A stretch of 63,525 bases of DNA, filler included, from Octopus bimaculoides (taxonomy: Eukaryota): NCBI RefSeq assembly GCF_001194135.2. It is 7 parts of 7 records of this genome, joined end to end, with 100 filler letters (N's around TTAATTAATTAA, not from the genome) between each part and the next. Parts side by side here need not be neighbours in the genome. Positions count along the whole stretch, not along the records: positions 1 to 12,326 come from NC_068982.1; positions 12,427 to 30,721 come from NC_068990.1; 5 more parts are not named here. One strand, 5' to 3'. The notes beneath the pieces are model-generated. The model saw only the letters and a program-made list of their open reading frames with translations, ran no database searches and had not been told where the DNA came from. Below are positions 1 to 12,763 of the stretch, one piece after another. The number at the start of each line of letters is the position of its first letter. The stretch's first letter is position 1. Both the position numbers and the translations under genes were made by a program.

Positions 1-1461
<1,461 letters not shown>

Positions 1462-2220
1462 CTTCCTAGATATATTGAAAACCAACGGGTACCCTAGATC
1501 CATTGTCAATCAGCTTAAGTACCCAAGACGACCAACACACCGAACACATTGAAAACCCAGCAACGCATACTTCCTTAAAATATCCCATATAGCGAGACGA
1601 TAACTACAGCCATTCGAAGAGCCATAAGAAGAGAAGGGTTAGACAGAAAACTAGCCCACTTCGGCCCCTCTCTGAGAAGGCACGAACAAGAGACAACAAT
1701 CAATGCACACTAACAAACTTCCCCATCCGTGACACAGCTTAATGCCAACGAGTAAATGTTATGTATAGAATACAATGTAACAAATGCAACAAGTTCTATA
1801 TGGGTAGCGCAACAGGACCGTTACACGTCCGCATCAAAGACCATCTGAACACGAGAGCCCCCTCCTTCAGAAAATATCTAGACAGATGCCGGAACACCGA
1901 CAAAAGCATAACAGTCACAATTGAGGGCAATGAAAGAAATTTGGGTAATTTAAGAATTAAGGAAGCTATACTAATACACAGACTAGACCCCGAAATTAAC
2001 AACAGGCTGGAGGTTAGTAAACCATATATTATTTAGCTACATCTTGTTGTATGTAGATTCATTTTTGATAACATGCTCATGTATTGTTTATAACAAAAAC
2101 AAGAGGGAAAAAAGAGAAGGGAAAAAAGAGAAGCTGCACGTATAACACATAATTTAGAAGCAGCGCTAAGGATGTGCCAGCACACACGAGATTGAGACAT
2201 GGCCGACGTTCAAGGCTGAT
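1462..2220 (+). mobile_element. Penelope-like element 3' fragment (post-RT linker, GIY-YIG endonuclease, 3' tail)
   Basis: ILKTNGYPRSI matches the PLE L..NGYP motif. ORF 1761-2036 (MYRIQCNKCNKFYMGSATGPLHVRIKDH...KEAILIHRLDPEIN) matches the PLE GIY-YIG pattern VYxIxCxxCxxxYIGxT..L..RIxEH...EA..I....P.IN. Confidence 0.85.
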
Positions 2221-2300
<80 letters not shown>

Positions 2301-3068
2301 CATGTATGTACATATATCCTTTATGTCAGGTCCGTTGATAGCTCCTGTTATTATTGAAGTCCTGTGCAATCTGTCAGCGATTCGAGAAATACAAATTTAT
2401 TAATTAAATATTATACTAAAATATGTATCGTATTCTAAAACATGATATGTTTGAACAAAATCTCTTCACTGTGGTCTCCTAGCATAGTCGCAATTTAATG
2501 ATTAAAATCAGCAACTCATCAGGATATTTGGGTGTAGAACAGTAAAAATCAAAGTGAAAAGAACAATATTTACTTACAATAACATTGCTCTGGTTTGGCT
2601 GATATTGCACTACATGCGATGGTAAAGGGTATGCAGTGTTTATAAAGACTGGAGGTTGTTGTGTTCCATGTTCATCTGTAAAAAGAAATTAAATTAAAGA
2701 AAGAATATTTCATACTGTACTTTCCTTGTAAATTTCATTAATCAGCAAATGTTATATGCTGTTCGATGGCTTAAAATGTTGTCATGAATATTTGATTATC
2801 ATCGAGAAAAAAAAAAAAGAAAAAGAATGAATATCAACAATTTTTATTTTTACTGTTATTCTTATATTTGTTTGCGGACAAGTTCGAGGACCACCTTAAT
2901 GGATTTTAGTTGTAGACATCGACCCCAGAAATTATTCATAGTAAGCCTAGTATTTATTCCATCTTTCTCTTTTGTCAAACAGTTAAGTTACGGGGACAGA
3001 AATTCACCAAAATAAATGAATAAAATAAGAGATCTTTAAATAAATCGTCTCTAATGTGGACTAACCAT

Positions 3069-3596
3069 GTATGAGTGTGAGTGAGCTTGGCCACTGGAAA
3101 TGAAAATTTTTATTAATTTCCATTTCCCTTTGATATAATTAAGTATTATAAGTTTTTGGTTAATTTTCGAATTTTATAAGTTGGCATTTTTTATTGCCGA
3201 CGAGGAGCTGCGCCTGCCCAGTAGATCTGAAGAATAAGGATGTATAAACGAGAGGCATAGAATTGATTGCCTCGTGTTTATATATTGTAGTCTTAGGTGT
3301 ACCTGTTGAAAACAACTTCACCTAGCAAAATGTCTTATCTGCTAAACTAAAGTCAGAAACCAATTGATCCAGGGAAAGAGATGGTAAAAGTTTTTATTTT
3401 TCATTTCGTTCCTTTCGGGATTTTATCCCTAATTTTGTGGTTCTAGAACCTAGATGTTCTTTCTTGCGTAAGGAATCCCATGAGTGGATTCCTCTTATGC
3501 GTTTAAATATACACTGTACTGACTAAACTTTTAAACGGTAGGCCACTGGAAATGAAAAGTTTTATTAATTTCCATTTCCCTTTAGTATGAGTGTGA
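3069..3596. repeat. ~530-bp unit bounded by permuted direct repeats (a-b ... b-a)
   Basis: GGCCACTGGAAATGAAAA..TTATTAATTTCCATTTCCCTTT lies at 3089-3131 and 3541-3583. GTATGAGTGTGA lies at 3069-3080 (before copy 1) and 3585-3596 (after copy 2). Confidence 0.7.
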
Positions 3597-3760
3597 TAAA
3601 CGATAGTGTATTATAATAAGATATTATAAGATAATAAGGTATTACTCAGGTAATGAGGTATTAAAACAATATGATTCTCCTGAAACACAATATAATTTAC
3701 TTCAGAAAACCAATTCACATAAAGAAGCTTACAACCTGGAGAAGAAAACGAAGTGTGCAT

Positions 3761-3809
<49 letters not shown>

Positions 3810-3883
3810 TGTACATTCGCCATGATTGACAGTCTTTTTCACCACAAGTTTTTTTTTCTCTCTCTGCTTATTTCCTTATGTTC

Positions 3884-3919
3884 CTTTCTGTTGAAGAGCG
3901 TAGGCTCGAAACGTAAAAG
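3884..3919 (+). ncRNA. Minimal type I hammerhead-like motif, variant core (A6U), in a short dispersed repeat (~3835-3967)
   Basis: CUUU-CUGUUGA-A-GAGC(GUAG)GCUC-GAA-ACGU-A-AAAG: stem I CUUU/AAAG, 4-bp stem II, palindromic ACGU stem III, cleavage triplet GUA. A homologous copy lies at 49979-50014. Confidence 0.55.
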
Positions 3920-4840
3920 ATTTTCTCACCTTTCCGAGCGTCATATTTATACACCTACTTGCTGTTTNNNNNNNNNNNNNNNNNNNNNNNNNNNNNNNNN
4001 NNNNNNNNNNNNNNNNNNNNNNNNNNNNNNNNNNNNNNNNNNNNNNNNNNNNNNNNNNNNNNNNNNNNNNNNNNNNNNNNNNNNNNNNNNNNNNNNNNNN
4101 NNNNNNNNNNNNNNNNNNNNNNNNNNNNNNNNNNNNNNNNNNNNNNNNNNNNNNNNNNNNNNNNNNNNNNNNNNNNNNNNNNNNNNNNNNNNNNNNNNNN
4201 NNNNNNNNNNNNNNNNNNNNNNNNNNNNNNNNNNNNNNNNNNNNNNNNNNNNNNNNNNNNNNNNNNNNNNNNNNNNNNNNNNNNNNNNNNNNNNNNNNNN
4301 NNNNNNNNNNNNNNNNNNNNNNNNNNNNNNNNNNNNNNNNNNNNNNNNNNNNNNNNNNNNNNNNNNNNNNNNNNNNNNNNNNNNNNNNNNNNNNNNNNNN
4401 NNNNNNNNNNNNNNNNNNNNNNNNNNNNNNNNNNNNNNNNNNNNNNNNNNNNNNNNNNNNNNNNNNNNNNNNNNNNNNNNNNNNNNNNNNNNNNNNNNNN
4501 NNNNNNNNNNNNNNNNNNNNNNNNNNNNNNNNNNNNNNNNNNNNNNNNNNNNNNNNNNNNNNNNNNNNNNNNNNNNNNNNNNNNNNNNNNNNNNNNNNNN
4601 NNNNNNNNNNNNNNNNNNNNNNNNNNNNNNNNNNNNNNNNNNNNNNNNNNNNNNNNNNNNNNNNNNNNNNNNNNNNNNNNNNNNNNNNNNNNNNNNNNNN
4701 NNNNNNNNNNNNNNNNNNNNNNTATATATATATATATATGTATATATAGTATGCATATATTCTTTAATTCTTTAATTCACTTTCATGTACTGATGGAAGG
4801 AACATTGAAAAATCTTGAAGCACGTCATCTAGCAAATCGT

Positions 4841-5203
4841 TCATATGTGTATAGAACCGTCAAAATCATGACAAGAAATTTATACTGAGGAATTACGAGA
4901 AGTCAATGATATGTACTTACGAAATTGCATTTTTAATCAGTAGCTGTAGTTGAGAGGAAGAAAATAGAATGGTAAGACCCAGGGAAATTATAGTGAAACT
5001 ACTTGCGTTAACCGTCACAATATATCTACTGGTGCGAACAGGTATTTAGTTGTAAATTTATAGGAGTGACGTCTCAGATGTCTCCATGGAAGTCAGAGTG
5101 GTGTCTTATATCATGACGAAATCATGTCCTTGTTGCTCAAACCGCTTCATATGTGACTAAATCATAGCTGACGGCTGCATTTTTAACAGCTACAATTTGT
5201 TCA
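4841..5203 (+). repeat. Duplicated block A (second copy 7985-8346)
   Basis: The two stretches align over ~360 bp with scattered substitutions. Confidence 0.92.
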
Positions 5204-6099
5204 NNNNNNNNNNNNNNNNNNNNNNNNNNNNNNNNNNNNNNNNNNNNNNNNNNNNNNNNNNNNNNNNNNNNNNNNNNNNNNNNNNNNNNNNNNNNNNNNN
5301 NNNNNNNNNNNNNNNNNNNNNNNNNNNNNNNNNNNNNNNNNNNNNNNNNNNNNNNNNNNNNNNNNNNNNNNNNNNNNNNNNNNNNNNNNNNNNNNNNNNN
5401 NNNNNNNNNNNNNNNNNNNNNNNNNNNNNNNNNNNNNNNNNNNNNNNNNNNNNNNNNNNNNNNNNNNNNNNNNNNNNNNNNNNNNNNNNNNNNNNNNNNN
5501 NNNNNNNNNNNNNNNNNNNNNNNNNNNNNNNNNNNNNNNNNNNNNNNNNNNNNNNNNNNNNNNNNNNNNNNNNNNNNNNNNNNNNNNNNNNNNNNNNNNN
5601 NNNNNNNNNNNNNNNNNNNNNNNNNNNNNNNNNNNNNNNNNNNNNNNNNNNNNNNNNNNNNNNNNNNNNNNNNNNNNNNNNNNNNNNNNNNNNNNNNNNN
5701 NNNNNNNNNNNNNNNNNNNNNNNNNNNNNNNNNNNNNNNNNNNNNNNNNNNNNNNNNNNNNNNNNNNNNNNNNNNNNNNNNNNNNNNNNNNNNNNNNNNN
5801 NNNNNNNNNNNNNNNNNNNNNNNNNNNNNNNNNNNNNNNNNNNNNNNNNNNNNNNNNNNNNNNNNNNNNNNNNNNNNNNNNNNNNNNNNNNNNCACACAT
5901 ATTATTTACATTTTATAGCAGAGACTCCAGCAAATAAGATCTGAAGAAAGAATTCCAATTCCGAAATATCATCGGACTATTAATAACCAAGTTACAACAG
6001 GTATATAGTCCATTTTTTGTTCTATAGTGCACTGTTATACCTTTCTAAAGCTTTTATTTTTTATTATTTACATTATTTGAACGCCACGCATCCTCTTAT

Positions 6100-7100
6100 T
6101 AATTATCATCATTATTATATGAACATCTGGAGCAACGTTGTACAGTTCCTATAAACCTTGTGAAATACCCAACTCGTTCTGGATCTATTCCTGTTCTTGC
6201 CTTCTTGACCACATCCTGGATTTCTTTCCGGCTGAGATCCCTTCCTTCAAATTCCATAATTGGTGCAAGTGGACTAATCGAGAACATGCAGTGTTCCACT
6301 TCCAGATCCCTGGAATTATCACTGAACGTGTCTGAGGTGAATGCAGATCACACCTTCGGAACAGTGAGTTGACTGCTATGCTTCTGTCCAAGCAGCCGTT
6401 TCGTAATCCCAAATGGCTTTATGGCTCTCTCTCCCCTTCTGCCGTTTCGTTTATCATCCAGCCATCCTCAATGTCATTAGAAGCCTCCTTCTCTTGCCTC
6501 GTCAAACTTCCGTCTGTAACAATTAAGCTTCTATTTATGTAGATGGATTTTGCTGGCTCTAATAACCCATAAGATGTGAGAGATTTAACTTTTGCCTTCT
6601 CAAGGTCGAACGTCTCTGACTCTAGACTGATGCTAGCAGTAGCGATCGTCAGCAGGCCACAATCGACATTCTCCAGTCTATTGCTCGCAAGACTCAGTCA
6701 ACATTCTTATCAAAATGTTCCTCCTTCTTCACTGGAGTCCCTTTTACTCAGTAATCTTCGGTTAATCTGTGTGAGTCTGGATGTTGCAGCGCCTAGAGGT
6801 CTCCACCTATCTCATCATGCATTGATGGCTCATCATGTCGCGCGGTTTCTTGCAAAACTTCCCACAAGTGAATTTCGATTCTATTGTCGATTTGTTTCTG
6901 TTTGTCGGTACCAGTTTTTCTATCTGGTTGAGAAATTATCTAGAGATTCTCCTATTGAGAATCGCTAGCGTGTTTTATCCATAGGGCTTGATCTTAGCTT
7001 GTTCTGATCCTTTTTTAACTGAAGATGTTGTGTCTCCGAGCAACTCGCGGTTTCTGCAACCGTCATTGGGTTTTCATTGGTTCGTCATTCAGTCTGATTT
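6100..7100 (-). mobile_element. Degenerate non-LTR retrotransposon ORF fragment, Hero/R2-NeSL-like (pre-RT region)
   Basis: Minus frames give HFDKNVD.VL, KPFGITKRLLGQKHSSQL..DTFSDNSRD, EFEGRDLSRKEIQDVVKKAR and KVYRNCTTLL. These resemble the conserved pre-RT stretch of Hero-type RLE LINEs (PFGFTKxLLGxKxSG; EPSWKEVxEVVKKAR..SAPGPNG..YKVYKxCP). Confidence 0.65.
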
Positions 7101-7319
7101 TATTCCAGATAAAGATTTTCCTTATATAATCCTATTATATGCATCGACACATCATTAGTGATGTGTTTGAGGGCCATTGCTTCTGGTTTTTCAACAATTA
7201 GACACCTTTAACCACCCCAAAATTTGAAATCAGAAAACTTTCTGCAAACGGTCAAGCCTTTAAAAATAAAAAAAAATCTAAACACTTTCAGCGTATTTTC
7301 AAATTGTATTCTCTACATC
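6698..7319 (+). repeat. Duplicated block B (second copy 8733-9391), containing the 5' part of the Hero-like fragment plus flank
   Basis: The two stretches align over ~620 bp with substitutions and small indels. Confidence 0.92.
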
Positions 7320-7475
7320 TATGGAATGAAATGAGTTTCCTTTTTTCATATATTCTCTCTCTNNNNNNNNNNNNNNNNNNNNNNNNNNNNNNNNNNNNNN
7401 NNNNNNNNNNNNNNNNNNNNNNNNNNNNNNNNNNNNNNNNNNNNNNNNNNNNNNNNNNNNNNTTTGTGTGTTTGT

Positions 7476-7514
<39 letters not shown>

Positions 7515-7690
7515 TTTCTGTGTTTGACCACACCCCTCATCATCGCTTGACAACCAAAGTTGATGTGTTTACATCCCCATAACTTAACGGTTCGGCAAAA
7601 GAAACCGATAGAAAAAGTACTAGGCATACAAAGAATATGTCCTGGGGTCGTTTGTCCTGGCCGCATTCAAATGACTCAAACAAGTAAAGG
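7515..7690 (+). mobile_element. SINE family 1, 3' half
   Basis: Matches the tails of full copies at 27555 and 56607 (CATCGCTTGACAACC...GTTCGGCAAAAG...GACTxAAACAAGTAAA). The head probably lies in the preceding gap. Confidence 0.8.
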
Positions 7691-7984
7691 AATAAGAAAA
7701 TAAAAGAAGGTATTTCTATTGTACTCTAGCACTGATGAGATTCTACCCAATATATTCAAAATGCCATTTCATTCTAATCTTTGGATTCATTCCATTCTTG
7801 GAATTTGTAATTATTTATTGGACCGTATTGAAACGTACGTAGGCTTTAGTTTGGTAGTGTGTTGATAAATTAATTTTATATTCTTATTAAGTCTCCAATT
7901 TTCTTCTTTAATAATATTTATACTTATAATAATCTCATATATATCGAAGTGATATTCCTCGACGCTGTTGGTGATTAAGGCAGT

Positions 7985-8346
7985 TCATATGTGTTTAGAA
8001 CCGTCAAAATCATGACAAGAAATGTATACTGAAGAATTACGAGAAGTCAATGATATGTACTTACGAAATTTCATCTTTAATCTGTAGTTGCAGTTGAGAG
8101 GAAGAAAATAGAATGGTAAGATCCAGGGAAATTATAGTGAAACTACTTGCGTTAACCGTCACAATATATCTATTGGTGCGAACAGGTATTTAGTAGTAAA
8201 TTTATACGAGTGACGTCTCAGATGTCTCCATGGAAGTCAGAGTGGTGTTTTATATCATGACGAAATCATTTCCTTGTTGCTCAAACCACTTCATATATGA
8301 CTAAATCATAGCTGACGGCTGCATTTTTAACAGCTACAATTTGTTC
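7985..8346 (+). repeat. Duplicated block A' (copy of 4841-5203)
   Basis: Direct sequence match. Confidence 0.92.
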
Positions 8347-8513
8347 ATCGTTTTGTTCTGAAAATTAAACTTAATTTTAGGCCCGTACGAAATTATTGAA
8401 ACTATGGTTTCCGTTTTATTTTGGACTTGTCAGGACGTTTTTTGGGGGAGGGGGTGAGGCGGGGGGTGAGTCTTTGAAGACTATCTATCTATCTATCTAT
8501 CTANNNNNNNNNN

Positions 8514-8562
<49 letters not shown>

Positions 8563-8732
8563 CCATTGTCTTCAAAGCCTCACCCCAAAAAAACAAAACA
8601 AAAACAGTGTTCTCTTATAAACAAAATCCTCCCTAAAACATCTGTTTCATATAAATAAGCAAAATATCTGTATATTCACAGAATTGTATTTGACAAGTTC
8701 GAAAGGCGAACGAAAGCGCTAATATATGAAAA

Positions 8733-9391
8733 TCAACATTCTTATCAAAATGGCACCGGTGTTCCTCCTTCTTCACTGGAGTCCCTTTTACTCAGTAATC
8801 TTCGGTTACTCTGCGTGAGTCTGGATGTTGCAACGCCTAGAGGTCTCCACCTATCTCATCTTGCATTGATGTCTCATCATGTCGCGCGGTTTCTTGCAAA
8901 GCTTCCCACAAGTGAATTTCGATTCCATTGTCGATTTGTTACCGTTTGGCGGTACCAGTTTTTCTATCTGGTTGAGAAATACTCTAGAGATTCTCCTATT
9001 GAGAATCACTAGCGTGTTTTATCGATAGGGCTTGATCTTGGCTTGCTTTGAGCCTTCATTAACCGAAGGTGTTGTCTCTACGAACTACATCATTGCTTTG
9101 TTATTGCTTTGTTCTCCAACCGTCATTGCTTTGTTACTGGTCGTCATCCAGTCTGTTTTTGGTAGCTAGTCTAATTCCAGATAAAGACTTTCCTTATATC
9201 ATCCTATTATATACATCAACACGTCATCAGTGATGTGTTTGAGGGCAATTGCTTTTCGGGCTTCTTAACAATCAGACACCTTTAGCTAGATAAAAATTTG
9301 AAATCAGAAAAATCTGCGCAAACGTTCAAGCCTTTAAAAATAAAACAATCTGAACACTCCTAGCGTCTTTTCAAATTCTATTTTCTACATC
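8733..9391 (+). repeat. Duplicated block B' (copy of 6698-7319)
   Basis: Direct sequence match. Confidence 0.92.
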
Positions 9392-9438
9392 ACACTTCGT
9401 GTGGAGTGTGTGTGTGTGTGCGTGCGCGTGTGTACATT

Positions 9439-9483
<45 letters not shown>

Positions 9484-9729
9484 AGGAAAATTATTTTACT
9501 CCACACGAAGAGAGATGTAGAAAATGGAAGTTGAAAAGACGAGTGTTTAGATTGTTTTATCTTTATAGGCTTAACCGTTTGCACAGATTTTTGTGTTCTG
9601 AAATTTTGTGACAAAATTTCTGTCTTTTTCACGAGGCTTATTAAAACAAAAAGAAAAAAAGGAACATCTGATTTATTTAATTGTTAATATTGTCACCATT
9701 CCTCTGTATGACTTCTTTCTCTCTCTCAA

Positions 9730-10340
9730 TGACTCTTAATCCAGTCAAATCATTTTGTAATCTCCTAAAGGATGGTAATCGGTAGGTGCGATGTTTGGAG
9801 GATATGGTGGGTGATGTATAATTTCCCAAGCATATTTTCTTAGATCTTTGGTGTGTTGTGCAGTGTAAGGTCTTGCGTTATTATGATAAATGATGATTTG
9901 TTTTCGGTTTGTTATGATGTAATATTTGGCTGCAAATCTGCTTTCAAAAGGTTATCTGTTGGCGATTTACATCGGCTATTCTTTGATTATCGTCTAGTAG
10001 TTCGTTATGAATTATTCCACGCATATCCCACCATACACTCAGAAAAGTCTTCCTCGTATATTGGCTATATCTGGGCTGCTGAGCTGGCTCTTCACCACGA
10101 GTGAACTACAAACGTTTCAGTTTCAACTTATGATAAAGTATCTATTTTTTGTATCCCCAGGAATGGCCCCCTTCAAAAAAGGTATTCGTAGCGCTCGAGA
10201 TCGTATCACTACACAGCAGTTAACACGTTTTTTGTTTATGACTGCAGAGAAGTCAATGCGGACCTATTTTCCAACTTTTGATAAGTTTACCGAGAGTTTT
10301 CAAATCACGATGAATGATGGTATCGCCCATACTGAAGCAT
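9730..10340 (-). mobile_element. Degenerate mariner transposase fragment
   Basis: Minus frames give TIIHRDLKTLGKL..IGPH (WVPHEL linker region), PFLKGAIPGDTK (TGDEKW), FLSVWWDMRGIIHNELL and IIIYHNNARPYTA..WEIIHHPPYPPNIAPTDYH (HDNARPH and HPPYSPDLAPSDYH). Confidence 0.88.
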
Positions 10341-10611
10341 GTCCTTAGTTCCCGAAATATAATAGTCAAATTTACTTTAACAGCGTTTACCAATTCATAA
10401 AGATCTAAACCTCCGATACCACATATAAATAAATTGCAATATATTCAATAACTTACAAACTGCGTATACACATATACAGACACACACACAGAGACACACA
10501 CACATGCCACAAAACCTAAGTTTTGCTCCTTATATTTAGTGGTGTCGGTCTGGAGTGAAACATCCTTTCAGTACTTGACTTGAATGTCACTGTCGAGGTT
10601 GCATTGCTTGA

Positions 10612-10705
10612 GTACATGCTGTAAAAAGTACATGCCGTAAAAAGTACATGCTGTAAAAAGTACATGCTGTAAAAAGTACTTGCTGTAAAAAGTACATGCT
10701 GTAAA
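10612..10705 (+). repeat. Tandem 16-bp minisatellite GTACATGCTGTAAAAA, ~6 copies
   Basis: Units start at 10612, 10628, 10644, 10660, 10676 and 10692; two carry single substitutions and the last is truncated. Confidence 0.95.
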
Positions 10706-11056
10706 GTGTAGAGAGATAACGTTTTCTTCCACTGGAAATGTCAAAGGCGCAGACAGTTCCCTGTGAATCAACAATAACTGAACCAAACTTCTGTGAAAGA
10801 AGTGGATAACCTGCATGAAATCAGGAGTTACCCAGCTTAGCAAGAGCAATTAATAGATCCTCATGTCTGATTGTACGGAAGACTGATTTCGGATTGATTA
10901 AGTCTGCAGATGAATCTTCTTCTAAGTTTAGTTTTTTGGGGAGCGTACAAGGATGGTTTCATTTATTCAATGTTCCATAATATTTATGGTTTTACAGATT
11001 GAAAAGAACTTTAAAGATTGAATAATTTCATAACTCACCAATCGTTTTATACTCAC

Positions 11057-11092
11057 CAGTTGGTTACTGCCACATTTTTCAGTTTCCGGAAG
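11057..11092 (-). other. Candidate 36-nt cassette exon with an alternative in-frame donor 18 nt downstream
   Basis: Minus strand reads ctgattcttacctgtag|CTTCCGGAAACTGAAAAATGTGGCAGTAACCAACTG|gtgagtataaaacgattg|gtgagt. It is open in two frames (LPETEKCGSNQL). Splice motifs are the only support. Confidence 0.25.
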
Positions 11093-12084
11093 CTACAGGT
11101 AAGAATCAGATGCCAGATGAAGACCGAAATATTTCTAACTACTCTTTATAGATTACAACATATTTTTACTCTTCAAAAGCACGTTTTCCATGGACACCCA
11201 AGCGTTACGTAGACTGTTCCTGATGCTAATATTGTTTAACTCTAGGTCAATTATGACTAAGCTGATATTTAAACAAAAGTAGTTTTATTATCAAAGTATT
11301 AGGATTATATTATTAAATGTGATCGTTTTTTGAAGAAGACAAGGTGATTTGCTCGAAATTTGTTTGTTATTTCTTGCAGTCAAACCTCCAAGGAGAGTCT
11401 CCATCGTCATCTGACTTTGTGCTGATACAAAAGGGAAAAAGGTATACGAGGAGATAGTCAGTAGTATTTTCTTCCCTTTTTACTCAACTTATATCCACTA
11501 CAAATGTATGATAGCTATTCAATCTCATATTAACTATCTAGAATTTAAATTAACCGTTTTGAAATACCTAGAACTGTTTGAAAGGGGATTAATTTGTTTA
11601 TTAGAGCTATAAGGTGTTTTAGCCATTATTTACAATCTACTGTAACTCATGATTAATTGCACTTCATGTTGAATGATGCTTTATTTTTGGCAGTAGCAAG
11701 ATCCTGCCTGGATTCGAACCATCTCAACCTAATTATATTACAATAAAAGGCATGACTGGCCTCGAGAGAACATAATGCTCACGTAATTGTTGATCGACCA
11801 ATCAACATCGGTTGGCATGTATCACGGAACTGTGGCAGACATGAAAGGAAAGTTATCTAAGCTCCCTGCAAAATTGTTTCGAATGTTCTAGTCGTTTTGT
11901 CATAATTTATAAAATGTTCGCTAATTGAACCTCACAGCTGAGCCATCTCAGATTCTATACAGAACTTTGTCATTTTGTTTTGCCAGTGGTACTTCTCATC
12001 TCATCATTATCCCTTTCTTTTCTTTTCTGTAGTTTCAGCTCAGAGCTGCGGCCATGCTGATGCACCGTCGTTTTGCTACACTGT

Positions 12085-12326
12085 TATTACTGAGAGCCTC
12101 CTCCAATATGTGGCACTTGGAGAAGAATGGAGTTTGATGTAGCTACCCTCATTTGCTCCGCTTGCCGTGATGTAGGTTCATCTGGGACTCTCGACAGGAA
12201 GAGGTCCAGCTTTGATTTAAAAACGCCTACATTTACTTTGTAGATGTACAGGTTCCTCAGGCTCTTTAGGAGAGTATTAAAAAGTTGTTGGCCCCTGAAA
12301 CCCAGGCTGTTGCAGTAACTGGTCCT
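12085..12326 (-). mobile_element. CR1-like LINE ORF2 C-terminus
   Basis: RTSYCNSLGFRGQQLFNTLLKSLRNL..VFKSKLDLFLSRVPDEP..ATSNSIL matches the CR1-type terminal motif RGPxLFNxLP..FK..LDxFL..IPDEP...SNSL. Confidence 0.75.
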
Positions 12327-12426
12327 NNNNNNNNNNNNNNNNNNNNNNNNNNNNNNNNNNNNNNNNNNNNTTAATTAATTAANNNNNNNNNNNNNNNNNN
12401 NNNNNNNNNNNNNNNNNNNNNNNNNN
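12327..12426. other. Artificial 100-bp scaffold-join spacer (44N-TTAATTAATTAA-44N)
   Basis: The same geometry occurs six times in the window. The 12-mer is palindromic and has stops in all six frames. Confidence 0.95.
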
Positions 12427-12697
12427 AATTTCTAATATATTTGCCTCCTCCATTTCGAGGCATATAGAACCTACTATCCACTGTGTTTCCACTTGTGAAG
12501 GGACATTCTTTACTGTCACCTTCGTCACTCTCTGTCCAAGATAACTCGGTATCATCACCAAGTCATCTGTGTGGAGAGAGAGTGTTGAAAATTCCTTCGC
12601 TAACTGTTCGCTCTTAAAGCGTACTAGGACCGTGGCAAATTTTCGTCCCCAAGTAACATGACTTTGAAAGGGCCATATCGGTTTGAGACAAATCTCA

Positions 12698-12700
<3 letters not shown>
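12427..12700 (-). mobile_element. Probable LINE ORF1 (gag/RRM-like) fragment, Tx1-like
   Basis: Open stretch FATVLVRFKSEQLAKEFSTLSLHTDDLVMIPSYLGQRVTKVTVKNVP resembles the Y.G.R...V.V..VP region of Tx1-type ORF1 proteins (recognition only). Confidence 0.45.

Positions 12701-12763
<63 letters not shown>

Noticed and set aside
2160-2215. Hammerhead in the PLE 3' tail (CTAAGGA-T-GTG..CAC-GAGA)
   Set aside because: Both core segments deviate from CUGANGA/GAAA and no stem I can be drawn; at most a dead relic.
3753-5937. Long ORFs spanning N runs (here and at all other gaps)
   Set aside because: They are open only because N codons are translated as X.
10007-10348. Plus-strand 113-aa ORF as a host gene
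   Set aside because: It is antisense to the mariner transposase remnant.
10612-10705. CRISPR array
   Set aside because: The repeats are directly adjacent with no spacers, the context is eukaryotic, and no cas genes are present.
12371-12382. Recurrent palindrome TTAATTAATTAA (six copies) as a biological motif or array
   Set aside because: It is always centred in exactly 44 N + 44 N, so it is an assembly join marker with six-frame stops.
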